Part shown: one piece after another, positions 44,326 through 44,572 of the stretch
Numbering within the stretch: the first letter of the stretch is position 1
Layout of the letters: every line of letters begins with the position of its first letter
Assembly: GCA_001784175.1 (NCBI GenBank)
Contig: MFPR01000027.1
Span: 579-45,150 of the forward strand
Length of the DNA stretch: 44,572 nt
Direction of reading: 5' to 3'
DNA from: Candidatus Lindowbacteria bacterium RIFCSPLOWO2_12_FULL_62_27
GTDB lineage: Bacteria; Lindowbacteria; 2-12-FULL-62-27
Notes under the pieces: generated by a model
What the model saw: only the letters and a program-made list of their open reading frames with translations
The model's database searches: none
Told to the model about the DNA's origin: nothing
Made by a program: the position numbers and the translations under genes

Positions 44326-44572
44326 GCTTCGGACCGCCCCAGGCGAAACTCGACTGTCGTGCCGTCCGGGCCGCTCGCGGCCGAGATGTCGCCGCCGTGC
44401 GCGTCGACGATCCGCTTGCAGATCGCCAGACCCAGCCCGGTGCCGCCGGATTTGCCTGTGACAAAGGGTTCAAACAGCCGATCCCGGATGGCTGGGTCGA
44501 TTCCGGGGCCTCTGTCGCGGATCTGGACCACCGGCACGCCGCCGGCGAGTTTGACGTGGACGGCCACCGGCG
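44322..44572 (-). CDS. sensor histidine kinase, C-terminal HATPase_c part only. The 5' end lies beyond the window.
   Basis: Segment …RDRGPGIDPAIRDRLFEPFVTGKSGGTGLGLAICKRIVDAHGG… Its stop overlaps the response-regulator start. Confidence 0.7.
   Translation of the reverse strand, partial: PVAVHVKLAGGVPVVQIRDRGPGIDPAIRDRLFEPFVTGKSGGTGLGLAICKRIVDAHGGDISAASGPDGTTVEFRLGRSEA

Noticed and set aside
1-44572. rRNA genes, transposase/IS elements
   Set aside because: No rRNA-like conserved segments and no transposase-like ORFs or terminal inverted repeats noticed anywhere in the window.

Overview
This is a high-GC (about 65%) bacterial chromosomal segment with three parts. (1) Positions ~980-4720 hold a very dense, single-strand array of about 33 tRNA or tRNA-like genes. 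A promoter plus small ORF and an intrinsic terminator lie upstream of it. Several members are atypical: four class II-shaped tRNAs carry Lys/Asn/Ile-type anticodons, one initiator-like tRNA has an expanded D region, and many have non-canonical T-loops. Two paralogous ~230-nt structured RNA-like elements with compensatory base changes are embedded in the array; I could not assign them to a known ncRNA family. (2) Positions ~5070-10900 look like an accessory or integrative module. It encodes an SPFH/band-7 protein, an HNH endonuclease, an excisionase-like HTH protein, a Rep-like protein, an HTH regulator and a tyrosine integrase that abuts a tRNA-Thr(CGT). Identical 17-bp AT-rich sites bracket the xis/rep part, and iteron-like repeats and TCCACAA operator-like repeats surround the Rep-like gene. 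(3) Positions ~11000-44572 are housekeeping genes, including a dcw cell-division/cell-wall cluster on the minus strand (mraZ-rsmH-ftsL-murE-mraY-murD-ftsW-murC-murB-ddl-ftsQ-ftsA-ftsZ). The cluster conspicuously lacks ftsI, murF and murG. Also present are thioredoxin-like proteins, a DegT-family aminotransferase, and a sigma-54 response regulator with a partial sensor kinase. All calls rest on reading the sequence and translated ORFs by eye. No database search or folding software was available.
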